Part shown: piece after piece, positions 54,922-63,402 of the stretch | How the letters are laid out: the number at the start of each line of letters is the position of its first letter | How positions within the stretch are numbered: position 1 is the first letter of the stretch | NCBI GenBank assembly: GCA_964563515.1 | Contig: CAZLYT010000716.1 | Coordinates: 29,451-93,450 of the forward strand | DNA length: 64,000 bases | From: an uncultured Candidatus Competibacteraceae bacterium | GTDB lineage: Bacteria > Pseudomonadota > Gammaproteobacteria > Competibacterales > JAHEDQ01 | Direction of reading: 5' to 3' | Position numbers and translations under genes: made by a program | Notes under the pieces: model-generated | What the model was told of the DNA's origin: nothing | Seen by the model: the letters and a program-made list of their open reading frames with translations, nothing else | Database searches by the model: none

Positions 54922-57843
54922 ATGGGGGCACCTAGCGCTATGACCGGTAGGCAGCCCGGAAGCCGCCGCTTCTTCAGCCTCAAGTGGAAGGCTCTGGTAC
55001 TCACCAGCCTGGTGTTGCTGGTTGGTGCGGGCGTGTACAGCACCATCAGCTATCTGAACCTGGACAAGCAATTCCGTAGCGAGCGCGAGCAGGAGCACTG
55101 GCGAGACATTCGCGAAGTTGGCAATGCGTTCTTGGGGTCGGTGCGCCGCCTCGAGCAGCTTGGCAGCATGATTCCCGCGTTTGCGGGCGTTCAGGCGGCA
55201 CTGTTGCAACAAAGCGGCGAGGGGATCGAGGACGCCTTCGATGCCAGCTGGCCGGCGCTTCAGCTCGACATGGACATCGACGTGGTCCGCTTTTTCGGCA
55301 GCGACGACAAGCTCCTGGTCGAGTGGGAAACTCCCGGACGCCTTGGCCCCGAACCCGCCGTTGTCCGCGACTGGGTAAGCGCCGCCAGCACTCAGGACAC
55401 CCCGGTGGTCGCTCTCGACTGCCAGATCGAATGCACCCTATACGCGGTGGTGCCGAGCCTGGTCAACGGTATCGACGCCGGAGTCGTGATGCTCGGCAGC
55501 TCAGTGGCGGACCTGGTGCTGCAGTATCAGCGGGTATCCGGCAAGGACATCGCAGTTCTGGTGGCGGGGCGGGGGCCATCCGACTCCAAAGGAGAAGGCT
55601 GGATCGAGCCTTGGGGGATCCGCCGGGTCGCTATCACCAGCGGGAGCCGCACCCTGCCTTTGCTGCAGGCGCTGAGCGAAGCGCGCGAATTCGAGCAGAT
55701 CGGTGAGGACCTCTGGCACGCAGGGGGGCGTGTCTACGACATTCGGCCAATCCCGTTGGACATTCCGTCCCAGACGGGCCGCACCATCCAAGTGGACCAG
55801 GATGTCCGGGTCCTGGGCATCAACGACGTCACCGAGGCGGTCGCCAGCATTGGCCAGGCCACCCGCCAGGCGCTCACAGTCAGCATCGCGGGCTGGCTGA
55901 TGCTGGAGCTGCTCTTGATGGGCATCCTGTGGGCGCCCATGTCGCGCTTGCGGCGCACTGCTCGCAACCTGCCCTTGCTGGCCGAAGGCGCCTTTGCAAC
56001 GGTGCGGCGCGCCATCGCCGACCATGCCGCCCAGGGCGGCTTCAGGGATGAGATCGACGCCCTCGACAACATGGCCATCGAGCTCTCGGTACAGCTCGAG
56101 CAGCTGGAAAACCAGGTCGCCGATCGTAATCGGGCGCTCTCGCGGCGCATGGACGAGCTGTCCCGGGAACGCGACTTCGTGCAGAGCCTGCTGGACACGG
56201 CTCAGGTCCTGATCCTCACCCAGGACCGCGAAGGCCGCGTCCTCATGGTGAACAGCTACGGCGAGTCCATGAGCGGATTCGACCAGGGAAACCTGCGCGG
56301 GCGCCGCTTCGGGGATCTGCTGGCAGCCGATGGCAGCGTGCCTGATCTACCGCGTCACCTGACCGAGCTCTGTGCCGGCTTGCGCGGCAGCCTGCGCCAT
56401 GAATCCGTGCTGCGTTGCCGCGACGGCTCGGTGCGAACGGTCACCTGGTACCACTCGCGGTTGAGCAATCGTGGTGACGATGCCGCTACGGTGCTCTCGG
56501 TAGGTCTAGATGTCACGGAGCGTAAAGATGCGGAGCACAGGCTGTCGTGGCTTCATGACCATGATGCCCTCACCGGTCTGGCCAATCGGGACGCCTTTCA
56601 ACAGGCATTGGCCGCGAAGCTGGAGGGGCGGGCTTGGCACGGAGCCTTGATCGTGCTCGATCTGGATCAGTTCAAGTACATCAACGACACCAGCGGTCAC
56701 CACACCGGCGACGCCCTACTGAAGCTGGTGGCGGGACTGTTGGAGCGACGGGTGCCCGAGGCTGAGCTCATTTGCCGGCTCGGTGGCGACGAGTTCGCTA
56801 TGCTTGTGCCGGACGTGGGACGGGACCAGGCGGGTCGCGTCGCCAGTCAAGTCAACCGCCTGCTGGGTGACATTGAGTGGCCCGCAGACAGCCCGGTACC
56901 CAGGGTGACCGCCAGCCTGGGGATTGCGCTCGTTCCCGACCACGGCTCCAGCGTGGGCGACTTGATGGCATGCGCTGACCTGGCCGTGTTCCAGGCCAAG
57001 GATTCGGGCCGGGGCCACTGGCACGTGTTTGCCGAGCACGATCGGGCGATCGAGCGTTTCAAGCGCAACGTGTTCTGGAAGAGCAAAGTAGAGGAAGCGC
57101 TTGCGAACGACGATTTTGTCCTCTATTTCCAACCGATCAGCTCGGTGAGGAGCAGCCGGGTTTCGCACTACGAGGTGCTGCTGCGGGTACGTCAGGAAGG
57201 TGGCGTGGCTGCGCCAGGCGCCTTCATTGAAGCCGCCGAGCGTACTGGTCTGATCCATCTGGTCGACCGCCGCGTGTTGAGCCGCGCACTCGAGCAGCTC
57301 AGCACGCTGCTGGCGCAGGGTTGGGACATCAACTTCTCGATCAACTTGTCCGCCCACGGTCTCAGCGACCCGGACCTGGTGGGCCACCTGGAGTCGGAAA
57401 TTCAGCGCACCGGCGTGGACCCGGGTCGAGTGATCCTGGAGATTACCGAGACCGCTGCAGTGGCGGATTTCGCCGCGGCTCGGCGTGTCATGGCATCCAT
57501 CAAGTCTCTGGGCTGCCACTTCGCCCTAGACGACTTCGGCGTTGGCTTCAGCTCGTTCTATTACCTGAAGCAGCTTCCCATCGACTTCGTGAAGATCGAC
57601 GGCAGCTTTATCACCCAGCTCGCGGACAACATCGACGATCAGATTCTAGTTCGTGCGCTCACCCAGGTTGCGAAGGGTTTCGGCAAGCAAACCATTGCCG
57701 AGTTTGTCGAGAACGGCGAGACACTCAAGCTGCTGGCGGAATTCGGTATTGACTACGCCCAAGGTCATTACATCGGTGTGCCGCAGCCCGAGTACATGCT
57801 CTTTGCCGACCCCATCCCAGACCGGGCTGCGCGGCCGCGCTGA
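54922..57843 (+). CDS. Membrane sensor diguanylate cyclase/phosphodiesterase (periplasmic domain-TM-HAMP/coiled coil-PAS-GGDEF-EAL)
   Basis: 973 aa with two TM segments flanking a ~280-residue periplasmic region. Motifs are GGDEF (RLGGDEFAML), EVL (EAL variant), ILEITET, DDFG, KIDGSF and QGHYIG. An alternative ATG is at 54940. Confidence 0.9.
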   Translation: MGAPSAMTGRQPGSRRFFSLKWKALVLTSLVLLVGAGVYSTISYLNLDKQFRSEREQEHWRDIREVGNAFLGSVRRLEQLGSMIPAFAGVQAALLQQSGEGIEDAFDASWPALQLDMDIDVVRFFGSDDKLLVEWETPGRLGPEPAVVRDWVSAASTQDTPVVALDCQIECTLYAVVPSLVNGIDAGVVMLGSSVADLVLQYQRVSGKDIAVLVAGRGPSDSKGEGWIEPWGIRRVAITSGSRTLPLLQALSEAREFEQIGEDLWHAGGRVYDIRPIPLDIPSQTGRTIQVDQDVRVLGINDVTEAVASIGQATRQALTVSIAGWLMLELLLMGILWAPMSRLRRTARNLPLLAEGAFATVRRAIADHAAQGGFRDEIDALDNMAIELSVQLEQLENQVADRNRALSRRMDELSRERDFVQSLLDTAQVLILTQDREGRVLMVNSYGESMSGFDQGNLRGRRFGDLLAADGSVPDLPRHLTELCAGLRGSLRHESVLRCRDGSVRTVTWYHSRLSNRGDDAATVLSVGLDVTERKDAEHRLSWLHDHDALTGLANRDAFQQALAAKLEGRAWHGALIVLDLDQFKYINDTSGHHTGDALLKLVAGLLERRVPEAELICRLGGDEFAMLVPDVGRDQAGRVASQVNRLLGDIEWPADSPVPRVTASLGIALVPDHGSSVGDLMACADLAVFQAKDSGRGHWHVFAEHDRAIERFKRNVFWKSKVEEALANDDFVLYFQPISSVRSSRVSHYEVLLRVRQEGGVAAPGAFIEAAERTGLIHLVDRRVLSRALEQLSTLLAQGWDINFSINLSAHGLSDPDLVGHLESEIQRTGVDPGRVILEITETAAVADFAAARRVMASIKSLGCHFALDDFGVGFSSFYYLKQLPIDFVKIDGSFITQLADNIDDQILVRALTQVAKGFGKQTIAEFVENGETLKLLAEFGIDYAQGHYIGVPQPEYMLFADPIPDRAARPR

Positions 57844-57853
57844 CCGCTCCCAC

Positions 57854-58906
57854 TCAGTCTGCCGCCTTTTCGGCGCTCGGCATCGGGTATGGTAGCGGCT
57901 CGAAGGTCAAGACCTGATCGGGGTGGCCTTCCACGCTCAGCGCCCCATCTAGCACCGCCGCCGTCTGGATGACCGCCAGCACCAGCCAGCCACCACTGCC
58001 GTCCGGGTACGCGGCCACCACGCGGCCCCGATCGGCACCGTCGACGACGGCGCATACTACGCCATTGGGCGCCGGTCTGGGCCCAGGGCCGAGCCGCGCC
58101 AGATACATGCGACGTTTGAGCTTGCCCAGGTGCTGGGTGCGCGCCACCACCTCCTGCCCCGGATAGCAGCCCTTGGTGAAGCTCACTCCACCGAGCAGGT
58201 CCAGGTTGAGCATTTGTGGCACGAAGGCCTCGACGGTCTGCTCATACACCTCAGGCAGACCAGCCATGGTCTCCAGCAAGCCCCAGGCATCCGCCCCGGC
58301 AGCCGGTATCGTCCCGAAGCATTGCCACTGCGCCGTCAAGGCCCTGACCGAGCCCACCAGCTCGAGCCGAGGATAGAATCCAGGTACCCGAACCACGGCC
58401 AGCTCATCGGCTTGGACGACCGCGTCCACCACCGTCGGCAACTCGAGCTCCTGGTGCTCGAGCAGTCCCGGAATGGCGTCACCGGACACACCCATGCGCG
58501 CGTACTGCGAGCTCACATCCTCCAGTTGTACGCGCGAGCGCAGCACATACATCCGCAGCCGTCGCAGCACCGGCTCCAGGCGCCCCAGCGGCAACCGCAC
58601 CAGGAAATCTTGACCCATCTGTATCACCCGCATGGTCGAGACCATGCGTCCCTTCGGGTTGCACCAGGCCGCGAGACGCGAGCTGTCACGGCCGATGTCC
58701 CGCATGTTGGCGGTCAGCTGTCCCTGCAGGAAGCTGGCAGCATCCTCGCCTGAAACGCGGATCAAACCGTAATGCGACAGATCGCAGCGGACACTGCCGC
58801 TTGCAGCCGCGGCGATCTCACCAAGCGGATCGCCAAAGTCAGTAACGCGAACGCCATCGAAGCAGGCGCCTTCCGCCTCCAGCAGCGCTTTCCATTGGTC
58901 GTTCAT
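57854..58906 (-). CDS. ygfZ: Folate-binding Fe-S cluster repair/tRNA-modification protein YgfZ
   Basis: GcvT-like fold with signature KGCYPGQEVVAR. Internal ATG (complement of 58904-58906) chosen, giving 350 aa, MNDQWKALLEAEGA. Confidence 0.88.
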   Translation of the reverse strand: MNDQWKALLEAEGACFDGVRVTDFGDPLGEIAAAASGSVRCDLSHYGLIRVSGEDAASFLQGQLTANMRDIGRDSSRLAAWCNPKGRMVSTMRVIQMGQDFLVRLPLGRLEPVLRRLRMYVLRSRVQLEDVSSQYARMGVSGDAIPGLLEHQELELPTVVDAVVQADELAVVRVPGFYPRLELVGSVRALTAQWQCFGTIPAAGADAWGLLETMAGLPEVYEQTVEAFVPQMLNLDLLGGVSFTKGCYPGQEVVARTQHLGKLKRRMYLARLGPGPRPAPNGVVCAVVDGADRGRVVAAYPDGSGGWLVLAVIQTAAVLDGALSVEGHPDQVLTFEPLPYPMPSAEKAAD

Positions 58907-59290
58907 CAAGAAATCAGCCTCCACGTCTAGTGCGCATGGTAGAAGAACAGCCTGCCCCAGACTAGGGAAGCTCCGGCCCATGGGGGCCGATCGCGATTCT
59001 GCCCACCTGGGAGCAGTTAGACGGGTGACAATGCCGTCACGGTCGCGCCCTGCCGCACCTGGGAGCCGGCCAGTGCAACCTCTGGTGAGGTCGCCTCGTC
59101 AATCGAATCGCAAACTCTTATGGTGCGGGACTTCCACGCGGTGCGGCCTCGGGCAATAATCGCAGTCCTGCATCGCAGCATTCGCGGCGAACCTGGAGTG
59201 TCGCGCATGTCCTGTCCGCCGCGAAGGCAGCAGGCCGGTCCTACTCCACAACTGCCGCCCCCGGGGCCAGTCATGGCCTAGCCGCACAGG

Positions 59291-59306
59291 TTGATTGATG
59301 AATCAA
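59291..59306 (+). promoter_or_regulatory. Perfect palindrome TTGATT-GATG-AATCAA spanning the small-ORF start codon
   Basis: 6-bp arms with a 4-nt centre. The ATG at 59298-59300 sits in the centre and right arm. Confidence 0.3.
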
Positions 59307-59468
59307 AGAACCCATCACCACTCGCCACGCCAAGGCGCCAAGCAACCAGCCGACCAAAAGCCATCGGCATCGCAGCCCGGGCGGCCCAAGGAGATCGGTG
59401 GCCGCGGGGGGCTGGACCCCACCCGCTATGGTGACTGGGAGAAGAATGGCCGGTGCATAGACTTTTGA
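59298..59468 (+). CDS. DUF1674 family small protein (SDHAF4/Sdh8-like succinate dehydrogenase assembly factor homolog)
   Basis: Own translation, 56 aa: MNQRTHHHSPRQGAKQPADQKPSASQPGRPKEIGGRGGLDPTRYGDWEKNGRCIDF*. The C-terminus matches the DUF1674/SDHAF4 signature (...PTRYGDWE+KGRCIDF at the extreme C-terminus). It lies 161 nt upstream of sdhC and is absent from the ORF track, probably because of its short length. Confidence 0.8.
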   Translation: MNQRTHHHSPRQGAKQPADQKPSASQPGRPKEIGGRGGLDPTRYGDWEKNGRCIDF

Positions 59469-59629
59469 TGCGCCGGCAGGGATGCGTCTCCCAGAATTGA
59501 CTGAGGTGTTGCAATGCCAGTCCAACCTGAGTGAGCGCCACACTTGCGCCGCTTACCCCTTCCGACTAGGGTTAGCGCCGCTTCTCGCGCCCACCATAAC
59601 AATCAAGCCCGGCAGGGATCGAACGAGGT

Positions 59630-60010
59630 ATGACGATGCCAAGCCATAATCGGCCGTTATCGCCCCATCTGCAGATTTACCGGCCGCAGCTCACCTCGGT
59701 GCTGTCGATCACCCACCGAGCCACTGGCGTGGCGCTCGCAGTAGGTACGCTGCTCCTGGTGTATTGGTTGGTGGCCGCCGCCAGCGGGCCGGAAGCCTAT
59801 CTGGCAGCGCGAGGCTTCTTAGGTAACTGGCTGATCAAGCTGCTGTTGTTTCTCTGGAGTTTTGCGCTCTTCTATCACCTGGCCAACGGGATCCGGCACC
59901 TGGTGTGGGATGCCGGGTACGGATTCGACATGTCCTCGGTGTACCTATCGGGCCGGATCGTGGTCGGAGCCGCCGCGGCTCTCACGATCCTTGTGTGGCT
60001 ACTGGCCTAA
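59630..60010 (+). CDS. sdhC: Succinate dehydrogenase cytochrome b556 subunit
   Basis: 126 aa, RPLSPHLQIYRPQLTSVLSITHRATG motif, 3 TM helices. Confidence 0.93.
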   Translation: MTMPSHNRPLSPHLQIYRPQLTSVLSITHRATGVALAVGTLLLVYWLVAAASGPEAYLAARGFLGNWLIKLLLFLWSFALFYHLANGIRHLVWDAGYGFDMSSVYLSGRIVVGAAAALTILVWLLA

Positions 60011-60024
60011 TTAAGGGGAGAACG

Positions 60025-60405
60025 ATGAGCTTGCGCACGCCTATTGCCCGCGCCAAGGGCCTTGGTTCGGCGAAGGAAGGAGTTTCCCATTGGTGGGCCC
60101 AACGGGTGACAGCGGTGGCCTTGGTCCCGCTGACGCTGTGGTTCGTGATCGCGATACTGGGACTCACCACGGCAGATCATTCCGCCGTGGTGGCTTGGAT
60201 CTCGTCGCCGATCCGTGCCGCGCTGCTGGTGCTTTTCCTGGTCGCGTTGTTCTATCACGCGAAACTGGGTTTACAGGTAGTAATCGAAGACTACGTGCAT
60301 CACGAGGGGGCCAAGACGGCCAGCCTGATCGCGACGACCTTCGTTATCTACTTCCTCGGCGCAACCGCCATCGTCGCGGTGCTGAAGATTGCTTTCGGAG
60401 GCTGA
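60025..60405 (+). CDS. sdhD: Succinate dehydrogenase hydrophobic membrane anchor subunit
   Basis: ATG 60025 with GGGGAG upstream. 126 aa, GSAKEGVSHWWAQRVTAVALVPL (alphaproteobacterial/mitochondrial-type SdhD pattern). Confidence 0.9.
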   Translation: MSLRTPIARAKGLGSAKEGVSHWWAQRVTAVALVPLTLWFVIAILGLTTADHSAVVAWISSPIRAALLVLFLVALFYHAKLGLQVVIEDYVHHEGAKTASLIATTFVIYFLGATAIVAVLKIAFGG

Positions 60406-60411
60406 CCGCCC

Positions 60412-62205
60412 ATGACGACCCAGAGCTACCCGATCATCGATCACAATTACGACGTGGTGGTCGTCGGCGCTGGCGGCGCTGGCCTCCGCGCCACTTTCGG
60501 CCTCGCCGAGGTAGGGCTCCGCACTGCTTGCGTCACAAAAGTCTTTCCCACCCGCAGCCACACGGTGGCGGCCCAGGGCGGCGTCTCGGCAGCGCTGGGC
60601 AACATGGGCCCGGACGATTGGCGTTGGCATATGTATGACACGGTCAAGGGCTCTGACTGGTTGGGTGATCAGGATGCCATCGAGTACATGTGCCGAGAGG
60701 CAATTCCCGCCATCATCGAGATGGAGCACTACGGCCTGCCTTTCTCCCGCACCGAGGAGGGCAGGATCTACCAACGCCCCTTCGGCGGCATGACCACCAA
60801 CTACGGCGAAGGCCAAGCTCACCGCACCTGTGCGGCGGCGGATCGCACCGGCCACGCCATTGTGCACACCCTCTATCAGCAGGCTCTGAAGCACGACGCC
60901 GAGTTTTTCATCGAATACTTTGCCGTTGACTTGTTGATGAGCGACGCTGGCGAGTGCTTGGGAGTGCTGGCCTGGGACCTGTCCGAGGGCACCCTGCACC
61001 GGTTCTTGGCTCAGCGCACGATCTTGGCCACTGGGGGTTACGGGCGCACGTATTTCTCCTGTACCTCGGCGCATACCTGCACCGGAGACGGCAACGGCAT
61101 GGTGCTACGAGCCGGGTTGCCGCTGCAGGATATGGAGTTCGTGCAGTTCCACCCGACCGGCATCTATGGCGCTGGCTGTCTCATCACCGAGGGGGTGCGC
61201 GGCGAGGGCGGCTACTTGAGCAACTCCGACGGGGAGCGCTTCATGGAGCGCTACGCCCCCAACGCCAAGGATCTCGCCTCGCGGGACGTTGTGAGCCGCT
61301 CGATGACCATCGAGATCCGCGAAGGTCGCGGCGTGGGCGGCGAGAAAGATCACATCCACCTGCATCTGGAGCATCTCGGTCCGGACGTCATCCACGAGCG
61401 GCTCCCCGGTATCGCCGAAACCGCCAAGGTTTTCGCCGGTGTCGACGTCACCAAGAGTCCGATACCCGTGTTGCCCACGGTGCACTACAACATGGGCGGC
61501 ATCCCCACCAACTACCACGGCGAGGTGCTCACCTTGTCGGAGGGCGATCCAGACCACGTGGTTCCCGGGCTGATGGCAATCGGTGAGGCCGCCTGCGTTT
61601 CGGTGCATGGTGCCAACCGGCTGGGCTCCAACTCGCTCCTCGACCTGGTGGTGTTTGGGCGCTCGGTCGCTCATCGGTGCGCGGAGGTGGTACGGCCGGG
61701 GGCGGCAACGCCCAGGCCACCTCAGGCCGCCACCGATCGGGTGCTGGAGCGCTTCGACCGTGTCCGCCACGCCCACGGCGCTACCAGCACCGCCGACCTC
61801 AGGATGCGCATGCAGCGGGTGATGCAGAACAACGCTGCGGTTTTCCGCACCGGTGAGGTGCTGGAAGAAGGCAACAAACTGATATACGAGTGCCACCAGG
61901 GCTTCGGCGATGTGAAGGTCGCTGACCGGGGATTGATCTGGAACTCCGATCTGGTGGAGACACTGGAGCTTGAGAATCTGCTTGGCAGTGCGGTGGTGAC
62001 CATGGTGTCTGCAGAGAATCGAAAAGAGAGTCGAGGCGCTCACGCGCGTGAGGACTATCCGGACCGGGACGACCAGAACTGGATGAAGCACACGCTGTCC
62101 TGGATGGATGACAAGGGCGAGGTAGCCATCGACTACCGGCCGGTGCACGACTACACGCTCAGCGACGAGGTGCAGTACTTCCCGCCCAAGGCTCGCGTTT
62201 ACTAG
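60412..62205 (+). CDS. sdhA: Succinate dehydrogenase flavoprotein subunit
   Basis: 597 aa, [12 protein letters not shown] dinucleotide fold and [13 protein letters not shown] (His for covalent FAD). Confidence 0.97.
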   Translation: MTTQSYPIIDHNYDVVVVGAGGAGLRATFGLAEVGLRTACVTKVFPTRSHTVAAQGGVSAALGNMGPDDWRWHMYDTVKGSDWLGDQDAIEYMCREAIPAIIEMEHYGLPFSRTEEGRIYQRPFGGMTTNYGEGQAHRTCAAADRTGHAIVHTLYQQALKHDAEFFIEYFAVDLLMSDAGECLGVLAWDLSEGTLHRFLAQRTILATGGYGRTYFSCTSAHTCTGDGNGMVLRAGLPLQDMEFVQFHPTGIYGAGCLITEGVRGEGGYLSNSDGERFMERYAPNAKDLASRDVVSRSMTIEIREGRGVGGEKDHIHLHLEHLGPDVIHERLPGIAETAKVFAGVDVTKSPIPVLPTVHYNMGGIPTNYHGEVLTLSEGDPDHVVPGLMAIGEAACVSVHGANRLGSNSLLDLVVFGRSVAHRCAEVVRPGAATPRPPQAATDRVLERFDRVRHAHGATSTADLRMRMQRVMQNNAAVFRTGEVLEEGNKLIYECHQGFGDVKVADRGLIWNSDLVETLELENLLGSAVVTMVSAENRKESRGAHAREDYPDRDDQNWMKHTLSWMDDKGEVAIDYRPVHDYTLSDEVQYFPPKARVY

Positions 62206-62219
62206 CGGAGAGATCCCAG

Positions 62220-62996
62220 ATGGCTCAGTTCAAACTACCCGCGAACTCAAAGATCGGCGCTGGGAGGTCTCATTCCGCCCCGCAGGGTGCGACCAACGTC
62301 AAGCGCTTCCACGTCTATCGCTGGGATCCGGAGGCAGAGGGAAACCCCCGCATCGACAACTACAGCGTCGACTTGGACAACTGCGGGCCGATGATTCTGG
62401 ACGCACTGATCAAGATCAAGAACGAGGTAGATTCGACACTGACCTTCAGGCGCTCATGCCGGGAAGGCATCTGCGGCTCCTGCGCCATGAATATCGATGG
62501 GGTCAACACCTTGGCCTGCACCATGGCGATCGAAGATATCAGCAGCGACGCCAAGATCTACCCGCTCCCGCACCTGCCGGTGATCAAGGATCTGGTGCCG
62601 GATCTGACCCACTTCTACGCTCAGTACGCATCCATCAAGCCGTGGCTTCAATCCACCTCAGCGGCGCCTGATCGGGAGCGGCTGCAGACCAAGGAAGATC
62701 GGGCCAAGCTCGATGGGCTCTACGAGTGCATTCTATGCGCTTGCTGCTCGACCAGCTGCCCGAGCTACTGGTGGAATGCCGACCGCTACCTGGGGCCAGC
62801 GATCCTACTGCAAGCCTATCGCTGGCTGATCGATTCCCGCGACGAGTTCACCGGTGAGCGTCTGGACGACCTCGAGGACCCGTTCCGCCTGTATCGCTGT
62901 CATACCATCATGAATTGCACTCGTACCTGCCCCAAGGGCCTCAATCCGGCCAAAGCCATTGCCGAGATCAAGAAGTTGATGGTGGCGCGGCGCTGA
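62220..62996 (+). CDS. sdhB: Succinate dehydrogenase iron-sulfur subunit
   Basis: 258 aa with three Cys clusters ([39 protein letters not shown]). The stretch [33 protein letters not shown] is near-identical to mitochondrial SDHB as I recall it. Confidence 0.97.
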   Translation: MAQFKLPANSKIGAGRSHSAPQGATNVKRFHVYRWDPEAEGNPRIDNYSVDLDNCGPMILDALIKIKNEVDSTLTFRRSCREGICGSCAMNIDGVNTLACTMAIEDISSDAKIYPLPHLPVIKDLVPDLTHFYAQYASIKPWLQSTSAAPDRERLQTKEDRAKLDGLYECILCACCSTSCPSYWWNADRYLGPAILLQAYRWLIDSRDEFTGERLDDLEDPFRLYRCHTIMNCTRTCPKGLNPAKAIAEIKKLMVARR

Positions 62997-63008
62997 GGGG
63001 ACGGGGCA

Positions 63009-63275
63009 ATGTTAGACCATCAGGAGCCTGATGCTCGGCAGCGCCAGATGGGTCGTTTGCGTTGGCGTTGCCGGCGCGGCATGAAGGAGTTGGACGTCCT
63101 GCTCGAGCGCTATCTCGAGCAGTGCTTGGTCGCCGCAGAAGCCTCCGAGCGCGAGGCCTTCGAGGGGTTGCTCGAATACCAGGATCCCGAACTGATGGCA
63201 TTCTTCACGGGGCGCGCTCAGCCCCAGGACCCCGCCTTGTCCCAGGTGGTGGAGCGGATCCGAGGCTTTGCCTAA
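63009..63275 (+). CDS. sdhE: FAD assembly factor SdhE (SDHAF2 homolog; YgfY/CptB)
   Basis: 88 aa with the RGMKELD (RGxxE) motif. Confidence 0.92.
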   Translation: MLDHQEPDARQRQMGRLRWRCRRGMKELDVLLERYLEQCLVAAEASEREAFEGLLEYQDPELMAFFTGRAQPQDPALSQVVERIRGFA

Positions 63276-63402
63276 CCGACAAAAGTTGTTGCGGTGAGTG
63301 CGTGTGGCTCCTGGGGCGAGCATATTGCTTGCTTCTCCCTCGCCGTGGTGGAACATCGATGGTGGGGGCCCGCAGGAGGGTGCCGTCACGGTGGTCGCAA
63401 GG

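Noticed and set aside
59435-59494. Long-range 8-bp complement (CTGGGAGA...TCTCCCAG), plus the GCGTCTCCC motif at the 3' end of the DUF1674 ORF, as a possible third copy of the GGGAGACGC palindrome family
   Set aside because: Only the right-arm 9-mer matches. The left arm, the loop and the stop-codon anchoring are not shared, so I treat it as an unrelated local hairpin.
59017-59543. Minus-strand track ORFs (59017-59274, 59099-59287, 59271-59543, 59278-59541) in the ygfZ-sdhC gap
   Set aside because: They have no RBS and implausible Arg/Pro/Gly/Cys-rich products. Two of them are antisense to the DUF1674 ORF, whose C-terminal family signature is far stronger evidence.
59473-59611. 11-nt direct repeat CCGGCAGGGAT at about 59473 and about 59601, upstream of sdhC
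   Set aside because: A single 11-mer recurrence within about 130 nt is roughly expected by chance in GC-biased sequence of this length. There is no symmetry or helical phasing.
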